A stretch of 32,000 bases of DNA from Pseudothioglobus sp. nBUS_23 (GCF_051201565.1 NZ_CP179200.1:30001-62000), one strand, 5' to 3'; shown: positions 8,079 to 17,793, counted from the first letter of the stretch. The notes: generated from the letters alone by a model not told the origin. A program made the numbers and translations.

Positions 8079-8957
8079 ATGAGCAACGAAAAATATTATG
8101 TCCCACACGGAACATACTGGCCAATAATTGGATCAATTGGTATTTCAACGCTATTTATTGGTTTTGCTAATCAAATGCATGATGTGAGCTGGGGATGGCC
8201 AGTGATGGTTTTAGGGTTTGCAATTATTGCTTTTATGATGTTTGGGTGGCTAGGAACAGTTGTAGCTGAGAGTGTTGGCGGCATGTACAATTCTCAGGTG
8301 GATAAGTCTTTTAGATGGGGAATGAGCTGGTTTATTTTCTCAGAAGTCATGTTTTTTGCTGCCTTCTTTGGTGCTTTGCTATATGCAAGAGTTTTGAGCG
8401 TTCCATGGCTTGGGGGAGCAGATAACAACATGTTTACTCCCGAGCTTTGGGAAGGTTTTAAAGCGACGTGGCCATTAATTTCTACGCCTGGAGAGGTTGG
8501 GCAAAATGGAGTGGCCTTCTCTACCAACTTCAAACTAGTTGATACATGGGGTCTTCCAGCAATTAATACTGCTCTGTTGTTGACATCTGGTGTGACGTTG
8601 ACTTATGCGCATCATGCGCTTAGAGCTGGACACAGAGATGCGCTCATGGGTTGGATGCTTGCAACAATTGCTTTAGGAGTTGTGTTCTTAGGGTTTCAGA
8701 TTACTGAGTATGGGCATGCATACCATGATGGACTTAAGTTAACATCAGGTATTTATGGTTCAACATTCTACTTGTTGACTGGGTTCCATGGTTTTCATGT
8801 AACGATTGGTGTAATTATGTTGACAGTGATCCTTTACCGTATTCAGAAAGGGCACTTTAACCTGGAAAATCATTTTGCGTTTGAAGGCGTTGCTTGGTAT
8901 TGGCACTTCGTAGACGTTGTTTGGCTTGGATTATTTATTTTTGTTTACTGGATATAA
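8079..8957 (+). CDS. coxC: Cytochrome c oxidase subunit III
   Basis: 292 aa with 7 TM helices. Conserved motifs include FILSEVMFFAAFF-like, GFHGFHV and WYWHFVDVVW. Confidence 0.95.
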   Translation: MSNEKYYVPHGTYWPIIGSIGISTLFIGFANQMHDVSWGWPVMVLGFAIIAFMMFGWLGTVVAESVGGMYNSQVDKSFRWGMSWFIFSEVMFFAAFFGALLYARVLSVPWLGGADNNMFTPELWEGFKATWPLISTPGEVGQNGVAFSTNFKLVDTWGLPAINTALLLTSGVTLTYAHHALRAGHRDALMGWMLATIALGVVFLGFQITEYGHAYHDGLKLTSGIYGSTFYLLTGFHGFHVTIGVIMLTVILYRIQKGHFNLENHFAFEGVAWYWHFVDVVWLGLFIFVYWI

Positions 8958-8978
8958 TGCTTAAATAGAGGTTATGAC

Positions 8979-9006
8979 AAAGGCCCCTATCAAGGGGCCT
9001 TTTTTT
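8979..9006 (+). terminator. Rho-independent terminator-like hairpin after coxC
   Basis: AAAGGCCCCT (8979-8988), loop ATCA, AGGGGCCTTT (8993-9002), running into a 7-T tract that ends at 9006. Confidence 0.7.
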
Positions 9007-9025
9007 CAATGATTTAAGGAAAATT

Positions 9026-9244
9026 ATGAGTTTATTTGTTATTGTTATACTGGCTCTAATATTTGTTTTTTTAGGCTCAGCTGTTATTGGTCTTTTAAGA
9101 GGCGGCAAGGCAGGATCTGATAGAATGTTTAAAGCACTTAGAATGCGAATTATTCTTTCAGTGCTTCTATTTGTATTCTTGTTGCTGGCGGGACTACTTG
9201 GCTGGATTGAGCCAAACGGTTTTAATCTTCTGCCAACGCAGTAA
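9026..9244 (+). CDS. Twin-TM small protein, DUF2909-like (cox cluster associated)
   Basis: 72 aa with two TM helices separated by a basic loop (RGGKAGSDRMFKALRMR). It holds the conserved position between coxC and SURF1. Confidence 0.7.
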   Translation: MSLFVIVILALIFVFLGSAVIGLLRGGKAGSDRMFKALRMRIILSVLLFVFLLLAGLLGWIEPNGFNLLPTQ

Positions 9245-9942
9245 TGAGCTATAGGCTTTTAGTTCCTTCTATCCTTGTCCTTGCGACAATGGCTTTTTTA
9301 GCCTCGCTTGGATTTTGGCAGCTAGATCGTGCTGACCAAAAGCGCACAATTGAGGCGTCTATTCAAAAGGCGAATACCGGAGTTGTTGAACTCATTGTGA
9401 ATCAAAATGAACTCTTGAATAAAGAGTATTACGAGGTAAGGCTTCAGGGCAGTTATCTCAGCGATAAGCAGTTTATTTATGACAACCAGATTGTTGACCA
9501 AGCATCTGGTTATTATGTGTTAACCCCTTTTGTATTAACAGGCCAATCAAATGCTATTATGATTAATCGTGGTTTTATTCCCTGGAATGGCAGGAGAGAT
9601 CAGTTGGCCGATATTGCAGTTGATTCCGCCTCCAGGGAGATCAAGATCCAAGTCTCAAAGCCCATTAAAAGAATTGAGCTGAAGGCCAGTGATATAAGCA
9701 ATCAGTTTCCAGTCTTAATTCAAGCAATTGACTTTGATGTCATAGAAGAAATTTCAAGCACCAGCTTTGTTGATGTTATAGGGCTCTTAGATCCTTCTTC
9801 AGCTGATGGATTCGTTAGAAAATGGGAGCCTTATACTGGCAGTATAGAAAAGCACATTGGCTATGCAATTCAGTGGTTTTTAATGGCATTAGTCCTAGGA
9901 ATTATAGGGATTCGAATAGGACTCAAGCAGCGTAAAAAATAA
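9244..9942 (+). CDS. SURF1-family cytochrome oxidase assembly protein
   Basis: 232 aa with N- and C-terminal TM helices. Motifs are LGFWQLDRADQKR, GYYVLTPF, INRGFIP and HIGYAIQWF. Its ATG overlaps the stop of the preceding gene (TAATG). Confidence 0.85.
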   Translation: MSYRLLVPSILVLATMAFLASLGFWQLDRADQKRTIEASIQKANTGVVELIVNQNELLNKEYYEVRLQGSYLSDKQFIYDNQIVDQASGYYVLTPFVLTGQSNAIMINRGFIPWNGRRDQLADIAVDSASREIKIQVSKPIKRIELKASDISNQFPVLIQAIDFDVIEEISSTSFVDVIGLLDPSSADGFVRKWEPYTGSIEKHIGYAIQWFLMALVLGIIGIRIGLKQRKK

Positions 9943-9966
9943 ACCTGTTTTAAGGCAAATAAAATA

Positions 9967-9996
9967 TTGCTGAAAAAAAATCCTTTACTGTATAAT
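9967..9996 (+). promoter_or_regulatory. Candidate sigma70 promoter for tRNA-Thr (TTGCTG-18-TATAAT)
   Basis: TTGCTG is at 9967-9972 and TATAAT at 9991-9996. The -10 ends 10 nt before the mature tRNA 5' end and is followed by TTCGC. Confidence 0.45.
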
Positions 9997-10006
9997 TTCG
10001 CTCTAA

Positions 10007-10082
10007 GCCGACATAGCACAGTTGGTAGTGCAACTGATTTGTAATCAGTAGGTCCGCGGTTCGAGTCCGTGTGTCGGCACCA
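10007..10082 (+). tRNA. tRNA-Thr (anticodon UGU)
   Basis: 76 nt and foldable by hand. The acceptor stem is GCCGACA/TGTCGGC. The anticodon stem is ACTGA/TCAGT with loop TTTGTAA. The T-loop is GGTTCGAGTCC and CCA is encoded. Confidence 0.95.
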
Positions 10083-10095
10083 TTTTTATGGGATT

Positions 10096-10122
10096 AAGCG
10101 GTCTTATTAGGACCGCTTTTTT
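10096..10122 (+). terminator. Rho-independent terminator for tRNA-Thr, overlapping the last codons of the convergent acyl-CoA synthetase gene
   Basis: AAGCGGTC (10096-10103), 7-nt loop, GACCGCTT (10111-10118), running into TTTTTT (through 10122). Confidence 0.7.
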
Positions 10123-11738
10123 ATTGCCAGTTCTCTGAGTATAAATTTTTGAACTTTCCCGGTTGATGTTTTTGGAATGTTGTCAAAAATAAACTTACGG
10201 GGGATTTTGAAGGATGCCATATTTTTTCTACACCATTGGCTTAATTCATCTTTACTAGCTTCAGAGTGCTCTTTGATCTGAACAAAAGCACAAGGTGTTT
10301 CTCCCCACTTTTCATCTGGCATGGCAACTACAGCAACGGCCTCTACAGCTGGATGCTTATACAAAACCTCTTCAATTTCTATTGAAGATATGTTCTCACC
10401 GCCTGAAATAATAATATCTTTTGACCTATCTTTTAATTGGATATAGCCGTCCTCATGAATGACGCCAAGGTCTCCAGAGTGAAACCAGCCATCCTTAAAA
10501 GACTCTTCGGTAGCCGACTTATTTTTTAGATAGCCTTTCATGACTACATTGCCCCTAAACATAACCTCACCAATTGTCTTGCCATCACGTGGCACGGGCT
10601 GCATGGTCTCGGGATTCATTACATCTAAAGACTCAAGTGGTAAGTAACGAACCCCTTGCCTTGCCTTTAGGGATGCTTGATCATTTTCATTGAGCTGATT
10701 CCAGTCTTGATGCCATTCATTGACTACAGCAGGGCCGTAGGTTTCTGAAAGGCCATACAGATGGGTAATATTAAAGCCAGCAGCTTTCATGTTCGTCAGA
10801 ACTGACTCAGGTGGAGGGGCTGCGGCAGTAAAAAACTCAACAGTGTTTTCTAGTAATTTTTTTTCACTATCACTTGCCGATAGAATGGTTGACATGACTA
10901 TTGGTGCGCCGCATAAATGGGTCACCTTGTTCCTATACAGAGACTCCCAGATTGGCGCAGCTCGCACTTGCCTCAAACAAACATGTGTTCCAATTATGGC
11001 CGACATGGTCCATGGAAAGCACCAGCCATTGCAGTGAAACATGGGAAGTGTCCAAAGATATACAGAATGTTTATTGATTGAAGCAATCATGGCATTGCCT
11101 TGAGCTAGAAGGTAAGCTCCACGATGATGAGAGACAACACCCTTAGGATTGCCAGTTGTTCCAGAGGTATAATTAAGTGAAATTGCATCCCACTCATCTG
11201 CAGGCATAACCCACTCAAAGCTTTCATCGCCCTCTAACAAAAAGGATTCATACTCGATTGCATTAGGTAGCGAGTCGCTTATCTGGTGTTCGCTATCATT
11301 ATAGTCAATCAGTATTGGGTTAACCTTCGCTATCTTGAGTGAAGACTTGGCAGTCTCTAGAAATTCACGATCGACAATAAGAGCTTTGGAATTGGAATGG
11401 TCTAACTGATAAGCAATTGTCTCAGGATCTAGGCGCGTGTTGATGCTATGCAAAACGGCGCCACACATTGGAACCCCATAGTGAGACTCAAGCATAGCAG
11501 GAGTATTTGGCAAAACAACTGAAACAGTGTCCCCTCTAATAATGCCCTGTTTTGATAATGCTGATGCTAGTCTCAGGGAGCGCTTATAAAACTCAAGATA
11601 GCTTCGTCTTATGGACCCATGAATTATAGCGGTATGCTCAGGATAAACCTCTGCTGCCCTTTCAAGAAAGCTAAGAGGGGTGAGTGGTTGGTAATTGGCG
11701 GGGTTACGATCTAAGTCAGTGTTATATGGATTGCTCAT
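10107..11738 (-). CDS. AMP-forming short/medium-chain acyl-CoA synthetase; candidate 3-methylmercaptopropionyl-CoA ligase (DmdB-like)
   Basis: 543 aa. It has the adenylate-forming motifs YTSGTTGNPKG, an LYGLSETYG-like segment, GWFHSGDLG and PKTSTGKVQK. The N-terminal ANYQPLTPLSFLERAA signature is typical of the AAE/short-chain acid CoA-ligase clade. The DmdB assignment is contextual (same operon as a DmdA-like gene). Confidence 0.85.
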   Translation of the reverse strand: MSNPYNTDLDRNPANYQPLTPLSFLERAAEVYPEHTAIIHGSIRRSYLEFYKRSLRLASALSKQGIIRGDTVSVVLPNTPAMLESHYGVPMCGAVLHSINTRLDPETIAYQLDHSNSKALIVDREFLETAKSSLKIAKVNPILIDYNDSEHQISDSLPNAIEYESFLLEGDESFEWVMPADEWDAISLNYTSGTTGNPKGVVSHHRGAYLLAQGNAMIASINKHSVYLWTLPMFHCNGWCFPWTMSAIIGTHVCLRQVRAAPIWESLYRNKVTHLCGAPIVMSTILSASDSEKKLLENTVEFFTAAAPPPESVLTNMKAAGFNITHLYGLSETYGPAVVNEWHQDWNQLNENDQASLKARQGVRYLPLESLDVMNPETMQPVPRDGKTIGEVMFRGNVVMKGYLKNKSATEESFKDGWFHSGDLGVIHEDGYIQLKDRSKDIIISGGENISSIEIEEVLYKHPAVEAVAVVAMPDEKWGETPCAFVQIKEHSEASKDELSQWCRKNMASFKIPRKFIFDNIPKTSTGKVQKFILRELAIKKRS

Positions 11739-11746
11739 ACTAAGTA

Positions 11747-12568
11747 TTACTTATCTTTCCATTCTGGTTGCCGTTTTTCAATAAAGGCATTTATGCCCTC
11801 CTTGGCATCATGCTTTAGCATGTTATCCACCATAACCTTTGAGGCAAACTCATAAGCCTCAGATAAAGGCATTTCTTTTTGGCTATAGAAAGCTTTTTTG
11901 CCCGTCTCTAGAACCATACTTGATTTAGATGCGATAAGTCTGGCCAAATCTATAGTTTCTTGGTCCAATGCATCATCTGCAACAACTCGATTAACCAGTC
12001 CAATCTTCTCCGCTTTCTTTGAGTCAACCATTTCACCTGTGAGTAGCATTTCCATTGCCGCCTTGTTAGACACATTTCTTGAAAGGGCAACCATCGGGGT
12101 TGAACAAAACAGGCCAATATTTACCCCAGGAGTGACAAATAGAGCAGAATCCGCTGCGATTGCAAGATCGCAGCATGCAACTAGTTGACACCCAGCTGCA
12201 GCAGCAACCCCTGAAACCTCAGCAATGACAGGCTTTGGATGGTTAACAATTTGTTGCATGAGGGCAGAGCATGATGCAAATACCTTTGTAAAGTATAATT
12301 TCCCATCATCGTCATTTTGCCTTCCTGCTGACATTTGCTTCAAGTCATGCCCTGAACAGAAAGCAGGCCCATTGGCGGAAATGACAATTGCCTTTACATC
12401 TTTATTGCTGGACGCTTTTTTTAGAGCAGAGCTGAGTATGGCCATCATTTCTTCTGACAACGCGTTTCTTCTTTTTGAGTCATTAAGCGTCAATCGAAGG
12501 ACTGCATCAGCAGGAGTATCTTCAAGCAAAATCGCTATATCTGAATTGTTATTTTTTCTGATGCTCAT
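11747..12568 (-). CDS. Enoyl-CoA hydratase/isomerase (crotonase) family protein, ECHDC3-like
   Basis: 273 aa. It has crotonase motifs and closely parallels my recollection of ECHDC3 (AFCSGHDLK, AAAGCQLVA.CD.A.A, TPGVNIGLFCSTP, VDNM......EGI.AF..KR.P.W). It ends 8 nt upstream of the acyl-CoA synthetase start. Confidence 0.88.
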   Translation of the reverse strand: MSIRKNNNSDIAILLEDTPADAVLRLTLNDSKRRNALSEEMMAILSSALKKASSNKDVKAIVISANGPAFCSGHDLKQMSAGRQNDDDGKLYFTKVFASCSALMQQIVNHPKPVIAEVSGVAAAAGCQLVACCDLAIAADSALFVTPGVNIGLFCSTPMVALSRNVSNKAAMEMLLTGEMVDSKKAEKIGLVNRVVADDALDQETIDLARLIASKSSMVLETGKKAFYSQKEMPLSEAYEFASKVMVDNMLKHDAKEGINAFIEKRQPEWKDK

Positions 12569-12608
12569 AATTTAAGCTACATATTAGCAGAATCAGATCG
12601 CTAGCTTG

Positions 12609-13061
12609 TTAAATGTTAATGCTGACTTCTACCTCTGAGTCTAATGTATTGGCAATAAAGCAATACCTATGAGCTCTATCATGCATTTTATCAAGCTCAT
12701 CACTACTCACTTCAAACCCAGCATCAAATGAGACTACTGGATTTAAATCTATACGATTAACAACCATTTGTTTTTTACTGTTCTTGCCCAAGTGACCTAC
12801 GGCATGATCGTTGTATGAAGAGACCGGCCACTTTGTTTTTGCTGCAAGTGCGAGAAATGTCATCATGTGACAACTGCTTAGTGATGCAGCAAGTGCTTGT
12901 TCAGGGTTTGTGTTGCTTGAAGAGCCGCCCCAGTCTGGAGCAGTATCTGCAGTCACTTTAAAATTTACGTTATAACTTACTTCATGCTCACTAGAAAATT
13001 TTCCAGGCAAGAGTTCAGATTCTTTTCTATTCCAGGTTAAATCAACTGACAGTTCTGACAT
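12609..13061 (-). CDS. OsmC/Ohr-family protein (putative peroxiredoxin/redox protein)
   Basis: 150 aa with the OsmC-like pattern NPEQALAASLSSCHMMTF and a C-terminal HRYCFIANTL (two conserved Cys). Confidence 0.8.
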   Translation of the reverse strand: MSELSVDLTWNRKESELLPGKFSSEHEVSYNVNFKVTADTAPDWGGSSSNTNPEQALAASLSSCHMMTFLALAAKTKWPVSSYNDHAVGHLGKNSKKQMVVNRIDLNPVVSFDAGFEVSSDELDKMHDRAHRYCFIANTLDSEVEVSINI

Positions 13062-13090
13062 TCATGTTCTCCAGGATAAATAATGAAATT

Positions 13091-14239
13091 TTATGATTTA
13101 GAGGCGATTTTTTTCTTAGGATCATAGAATGGTTTTTGCACTATCTTGATGGGATAACTACCACCAGGTGTTTTAACCTCTCCAGTTGTATCCAGGGTTG
13201 AAAATTCAAAATCCATAATAGCAAGCGCAATATTTTTATCAAGCCGCGGCGTATACACTGCAGAAGTTACATAGCCGACTTCTTTTGAGTCAGACATTAT
13301 TGGCCAATAGGTTGTATTTGGATGCTCAAGAGGAGGACATGATATTTCAAGTCCAACCTGGCTTCTCCTAACACCCTCTGATTTGATTTTTTTAAGCGCT
13401 TCTTTACCAATATAATCTGCATCCATTTCAAGGTCAACTAGCCTGCCTAGTCCAAGCTCAAAAGGATTTACAGTATAATCCATATCTGCCTGATATGAGA
13501 GCATTCCACCTTCAATTCTTCTAATAGTTGAGGTATGTCCGGGGACTAATCCCATAGGCTCTCCAATTTTCATAATGTGGTCCCATAGCTCGTTTCCACG
13601 ACTACCGTCACGAAGATAGATTTCATAGCCTAACTCACTTGACCAGCCTGTTCTTGAGATGATGAGCGGAATTCCATTAAGCTCAAATTCCTCAAGCCAG
13701 TAATACTTTAAATCATCAATTATGTCACCAAAGATGGCTTTAGCAATCTCGCCTGATTTTGGACCTTGAAGCTGAAGCGGTGAAACATCAGGCTCACATA
13801 AATTTACATTGAGACCTGAGTTAACCGCAACTCCCTTAGCCCACATCAGAATATCGCTGTCAGCTAAAGAAAGCCAGAAGTGATTTTCTGCAAGTCTTAA
13901 TAAAACAGGATCATTAAGAACACCTCCATTCTCATCAGTAATAAGAACATACTTGCATTGGCCAACAGCGCATTCAGAAAGATTTCTAGGGGTTAATAAT
14001 TGTACAAATTGAGCAGCATCGGGTCCAGTAATTTCAACTTGACGCTCTACTGCAACATCGCAGAGTATTGCATCGTTGACTAGATTCCAAAAGTTTTGAA
14101 CTGGGTCACCAAAGTCTCTGGGTATATACATATGATTGTAGACCGAAAAGCCTTGGGCTCCCCAGCGAACAGTTGCATCGAAATAGGGTGACTTTCTTAC
14201 TTGAGTTCCGAAACTAAATTCTTTTTTCATGGTAGGCAA
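13091..14239 (-). CDS. dmdA: GcvT-family aminomethyltransferase, DmdA-like (candidate dimethylsulfoniopropionate demethylase)
   Basis: 382 aa. Blocks match my recollection of Ruegeria DmdA rather than canonical GcvT: VYNHM.IP, DVAVERQVEITGPDA, GGVLNDPVLLRLAENHFWLSLADSDIL, EPDVSPLQLQGPKS, SRTGWSSELGYEIYL, IRRIEGGMLSYQADM, NPFELGLG, DYIGKEAL. No obvious Shine-Dalgarno sequence is present, so the start (14239 versus the ATG at 14230) is uncertain. Confidence 0.7.
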   Translation of the reverse strand: MPTMKKEFSFGTQVRKSPYFDATVRWGAQGFSVYNHMYIPRDFGDPVQNFWNLVNDAILCDVAVERQVEITGPDAAQFVQLLTPRNLSECAVGQCKYVLITDENGGVLNDPVLLRLAENHFWLSLADSDILMWAKGVAVNSGLNVNLCEPDVSPLQLQGPKSGEIAKAIFGDIIDDLKYYWLEEFELNGIPLIISRTGWSSELGYEIYLRDGSRGNELWDHIMKIGEPMGLVPGHTSTIRRIEGGMLSYQADMDYTVNPFELGLGRLVDLEMDADYIGKEALKKIKSEGVRRSQVGLEISCPPLEHPNTTYWPIMSDSKEVGYVTSAVYTPRLDKNIALAIMDFEFSTLDTTGEVKTPGGSYPIKIVQKPFYDPKKKIASKS

Positions 14240-14458
14240 TGCGTGATTATCAGAATTTGCAAATAATACACATTTTAAAGGTGTTACAAACGTTTTTTGA
14301 GTGCTTTATTATTGTAGTTTTTTATTAAATTTGATTATAAAAAAAACAAGATCCAATAATAAAAAAACTGAAAGATAGTCAATCATTGGAATTCTAAAGG
14401 CCTCATTAATTTGACTCAAGTCTTACATGGCATGACATTTGAATAGATTATTCATGGG

Positions 14459-16798
14459 TTAATTATCATCAGGCTCAATAGGCTCTGGTGCTAGGACGTC
14501 TCGATTTCCAGCGCTATTCATTGCGCTTACAATTCCGCTGGCTTCCATGTCTTCAATAATTCGTGCAGCGCGGTTATAACCAATTCGCATCCTGCGCTGA
14601 AGGCTAGATATTGATGCTCTTCGAGTTGATGTCACTATCTGGACGGCCTCATCAAAAAGTGGATCTAGTTCACCGGTGTTTTGAGCTGAATCCTTGTCGC
14701 CAACCGGCTCCGATTTTGGATTTAATATGCCATCGAGATAGTTAGGGCTTGAATTCTTTTTAAGATGTTTGACGACTCTTAAGATCTCGCTATCCTCAAC
14801 AAATGCGCCATGAACCCTTGTCAGGTGAGCAATTCCTGGAGCCATATATAACATATCGCCCATACCTAGAAGCTGCTCCGCACCAGCCTGATCAAGAATT
14901 GTCCTTGAGTCAGTTTTTGATGAAACTTTGAAAGATACCCTTGTGGGGATGTTAGATTTAATTAGCCCGGTAATTACATCAACGCTTGGTCTTTGGGTAG
15001 CAACAATAAGGTGCATGCCCGCTGCGCGCGCTTTTTGTGCAATTCTTACAATGAGGCCCTCGACCCGTTTTGATTTGGCTCTGTCTTCTTGTGCTAAAGC
15101 GCCGAGCATATCAGCGTACTCATCAATCACTATTACAATTAGCGGGAGAGCCTCAAGCTCAGGATGCTCCTCGCCTTCTTTAGCAGTATCTGGATCAAAT
15201 GAAGGGTCCAAAAGAGGTTTTCCAGCTTTTTTGGCTAGACTTTGTTTTTCATTAAAGGATTCAATATTTCGAACGCCAAACTTTGCCAAAAGGCTGTAGC
15301 GCCGCTCCATTTCGTTAACTGACCACCAAAGCGCACTTGCGGCTTCATTCATATTGGTGACCACTGGTGTTAATAGATGAGGTATGTCCGCATATGAGGC
15401 AAGCTCTACAATTTTAGGGTCAATCATAATGAGCCTTACTTGCTCTGGAGAGGCTTTGTAGAGAATACTTAATATAATTGCATTGAGTCCAACCGACTTA
15501 CCCATTCCAGTTGCACCTGCAACTAGTAGATGAGGCATTTTAGCCAAATCAACCACAACAGGCTGCCCATTAATATCTTTTCCAAGGCCCATTGACAGTG
15601 TTGACTTTGCCTTCGCAAAGGCGTCGCTGGAGAGTATCTCTTTAAGCCCAATCATCTCACGCGTATTGTTTGGTATCTCAAGACCAATGACCGGCTTTCC
15701 AGGAATAACATCAACAATCCTCACGCTCTCAACTAGAAGTGCCCTGGCGAGGTCTTTGTTCAAGTTCATAATTTGACTCACCTTGATTCCTGGCGCAAGA
15801 GAAATTTCAAACTGAGTAACAACAGGTCCTGGCGTAACAGCAGTTATCGTCACATCAAAACCAAAGTCCTTCAGCTTAATTTCAACTTGTTGACCCATCT
15901 CTACTAGGAGTTCTTCTGTGTAGCCCAGCCCAGAATTATCAACATCATCTAAAAGCTTTAAATCGGGAAGTCCTGCTGAAGCACCTGATTTAAAAAGATT
16001 GCTGCTTTGTTCTTTTTGAGACTTCTCAGCTTTTTTTTGCTTTTCAGGTTTTATGACTTTTTTTGGCTTTTCAGCCTCTTCATTTTTTAGAGGTTTTGCT
16101 GTTGCTGTTTCTTGAGCTGAAGATACTTTGGGACTAATAATTTCTGGTTTGACTTTTTCTTTTTTAGTGCTTTTGGGCGTTTTTTCTAAACGAGGTCGCC
16201 TTTTAAATAAGGCAACACTAATATTTTTCCATGAGGCTCTAGATGCTATGCTGAAGCTAACGAGAATAATTCCAATGTAAATTAGAGTTGATGAGCTTCC
16301 AAAAAGCTCATAAAAAAGCAGTTCATGCATCGACTTTCCAATCATTCCTCCAGCTAAAAAAGTTTCTTTTAGGCCTTCCATTACCTTTATTTCAGGAGCG
16401 TATTGATGAGCAAGTGCTGCAAGAAAAAAAAGCATAACAAGATATGAAATGAGGCGAATGAGGAAGGTCAGCTGATTTTGGCGCTCTTTATTGGCGTCAC
16501 GATGAAAGTTGTAGCCTAGCCAAATTATCGAGATTGGAACAACATACGAGACATAGCCCAGGACTCCAAAGCTTATATCTCTTAAGTAGGCACCAAAGAT
16601 TCCAGCACTATTTTCAACTGGTTTAGATAGTTCAGCTCCCCCTGTCCACGGATCCTCAGAAGCTGAGCCCGTCATAAGAGAAACAAAGAAAACAGCCCCA
16701 ATTGTTATAAGCAAAATAAAAATTGACTCACTGGCAAGTTTAGAGCGCGGATTATTTACAGGGGTATTTTGAGTGGTTCGTTTATTATTTTTTTTCAA
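14459..16798 (-). CDS. ftsK: DNA translocase FtsK
   Basis: 779 aa. It has an N-terminal 4-TM domain, a Lys/Pro/Glu-rich linker, a motor domain with Walker A GATGMGKS and Walker B VIVIDEYADM, and a C-terminal gamma winged-helix (ASISSLQRRMRIGYNRAARIIEDME). Confidence 0.95.
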   Translation of the reverse strand: MKKNNKRTTQNTPVNNPRSKLASESIFILLITIGAVFFVSLMTGSASEDPWTGGAELSKPVENSAGIFGAYLRDISFGVLGYVSYVVPISIIWLGYNFHRDANKERQNQLTFLIRLISYLVMLFFLAALAHQYAPEIKVMEGLKETFLAGGMIGKSMHELLFYELFGSSSTLIYIGIILVSFSIASRASWKNISVALFKRRPRLEKTPKSTKKEKVKPEIISPKVSSAQETATAKPLKNEEAEKPKKVIKPEKQKKAEKSQKEQSSNLFKSGASAGLPDLKLLDDVDNSGLGYTEELLVEMGQQVEIKLKDFGFDVTITAVTPGPVVTQFEISLAPGIKVSQIMNLNKDLARALLVESVRIVDVIPGKPVIGLEIPNNTREMIGLKEILSSDAFAKAKSTLSMGLGKDINGQPVVVDLAKMPHLLVAGATGMGKSVGLNAIILSILYKASPEQVRLIMIDPKIVELASYADIPHLLTPVVTNMNEAASALWWSVNEMERRYSLLAKFGVRNIESFNEKQSLAKKAGKPLLDPSFDPDTAKEGEEHPELEALPLIVIVIDEYADMLGALAQEDRAKSKRVEGLIVRIAQKARAAGMHLIVATQRPSVDVITGLIKSNIPTRVSFKVSSKTDSRTILDQAGAEQLLGMGDMLYMAPGIAHLTRVHGAFVEDSEILRVVKHLKKNSSPNYLDGILNPKSEPVGDKDSAQNTGELDPLFDEAVQIVTSTRRASISSLQRRMRIGYNRAARIIEDMEASGIVSAMNSAGNRDVLAPEPIEPDDN

Positions 16799-16821
16799 GA
16801 CAGCTTATAATACTCATTTGA

Positions 16822-17793
<972 letters not shown>

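Noticed and set aside
11898-12575. Two long plus-strand ORFs (96 and 116 aa) antisense to the enoyl-CoA hydratase gene
   Set aside because: These are shadow ORFs opposite a well-supported gene, with Ser/Ala/Leu-rich products and no recognisable motifs. The same applies to 101-631 (hisF), 14928-15299 (ftsK), 25567-25869 (nusA), and 27522-27875 and 28227-28418 (infB).
10083-14458. Genomic island integrated at tRNA-Thr carrying the DmdA-like operon
   Set aside because: No integrase or other mobility gene is present. I could not find a direct repeat of the tRNA 3' end in the 14240-14458 spacer. The operon's 3' end is neatly interlocked with the tRNA terminator. The island idea cannot be excluded without comparative genomics, but it is not supported by the sequence.
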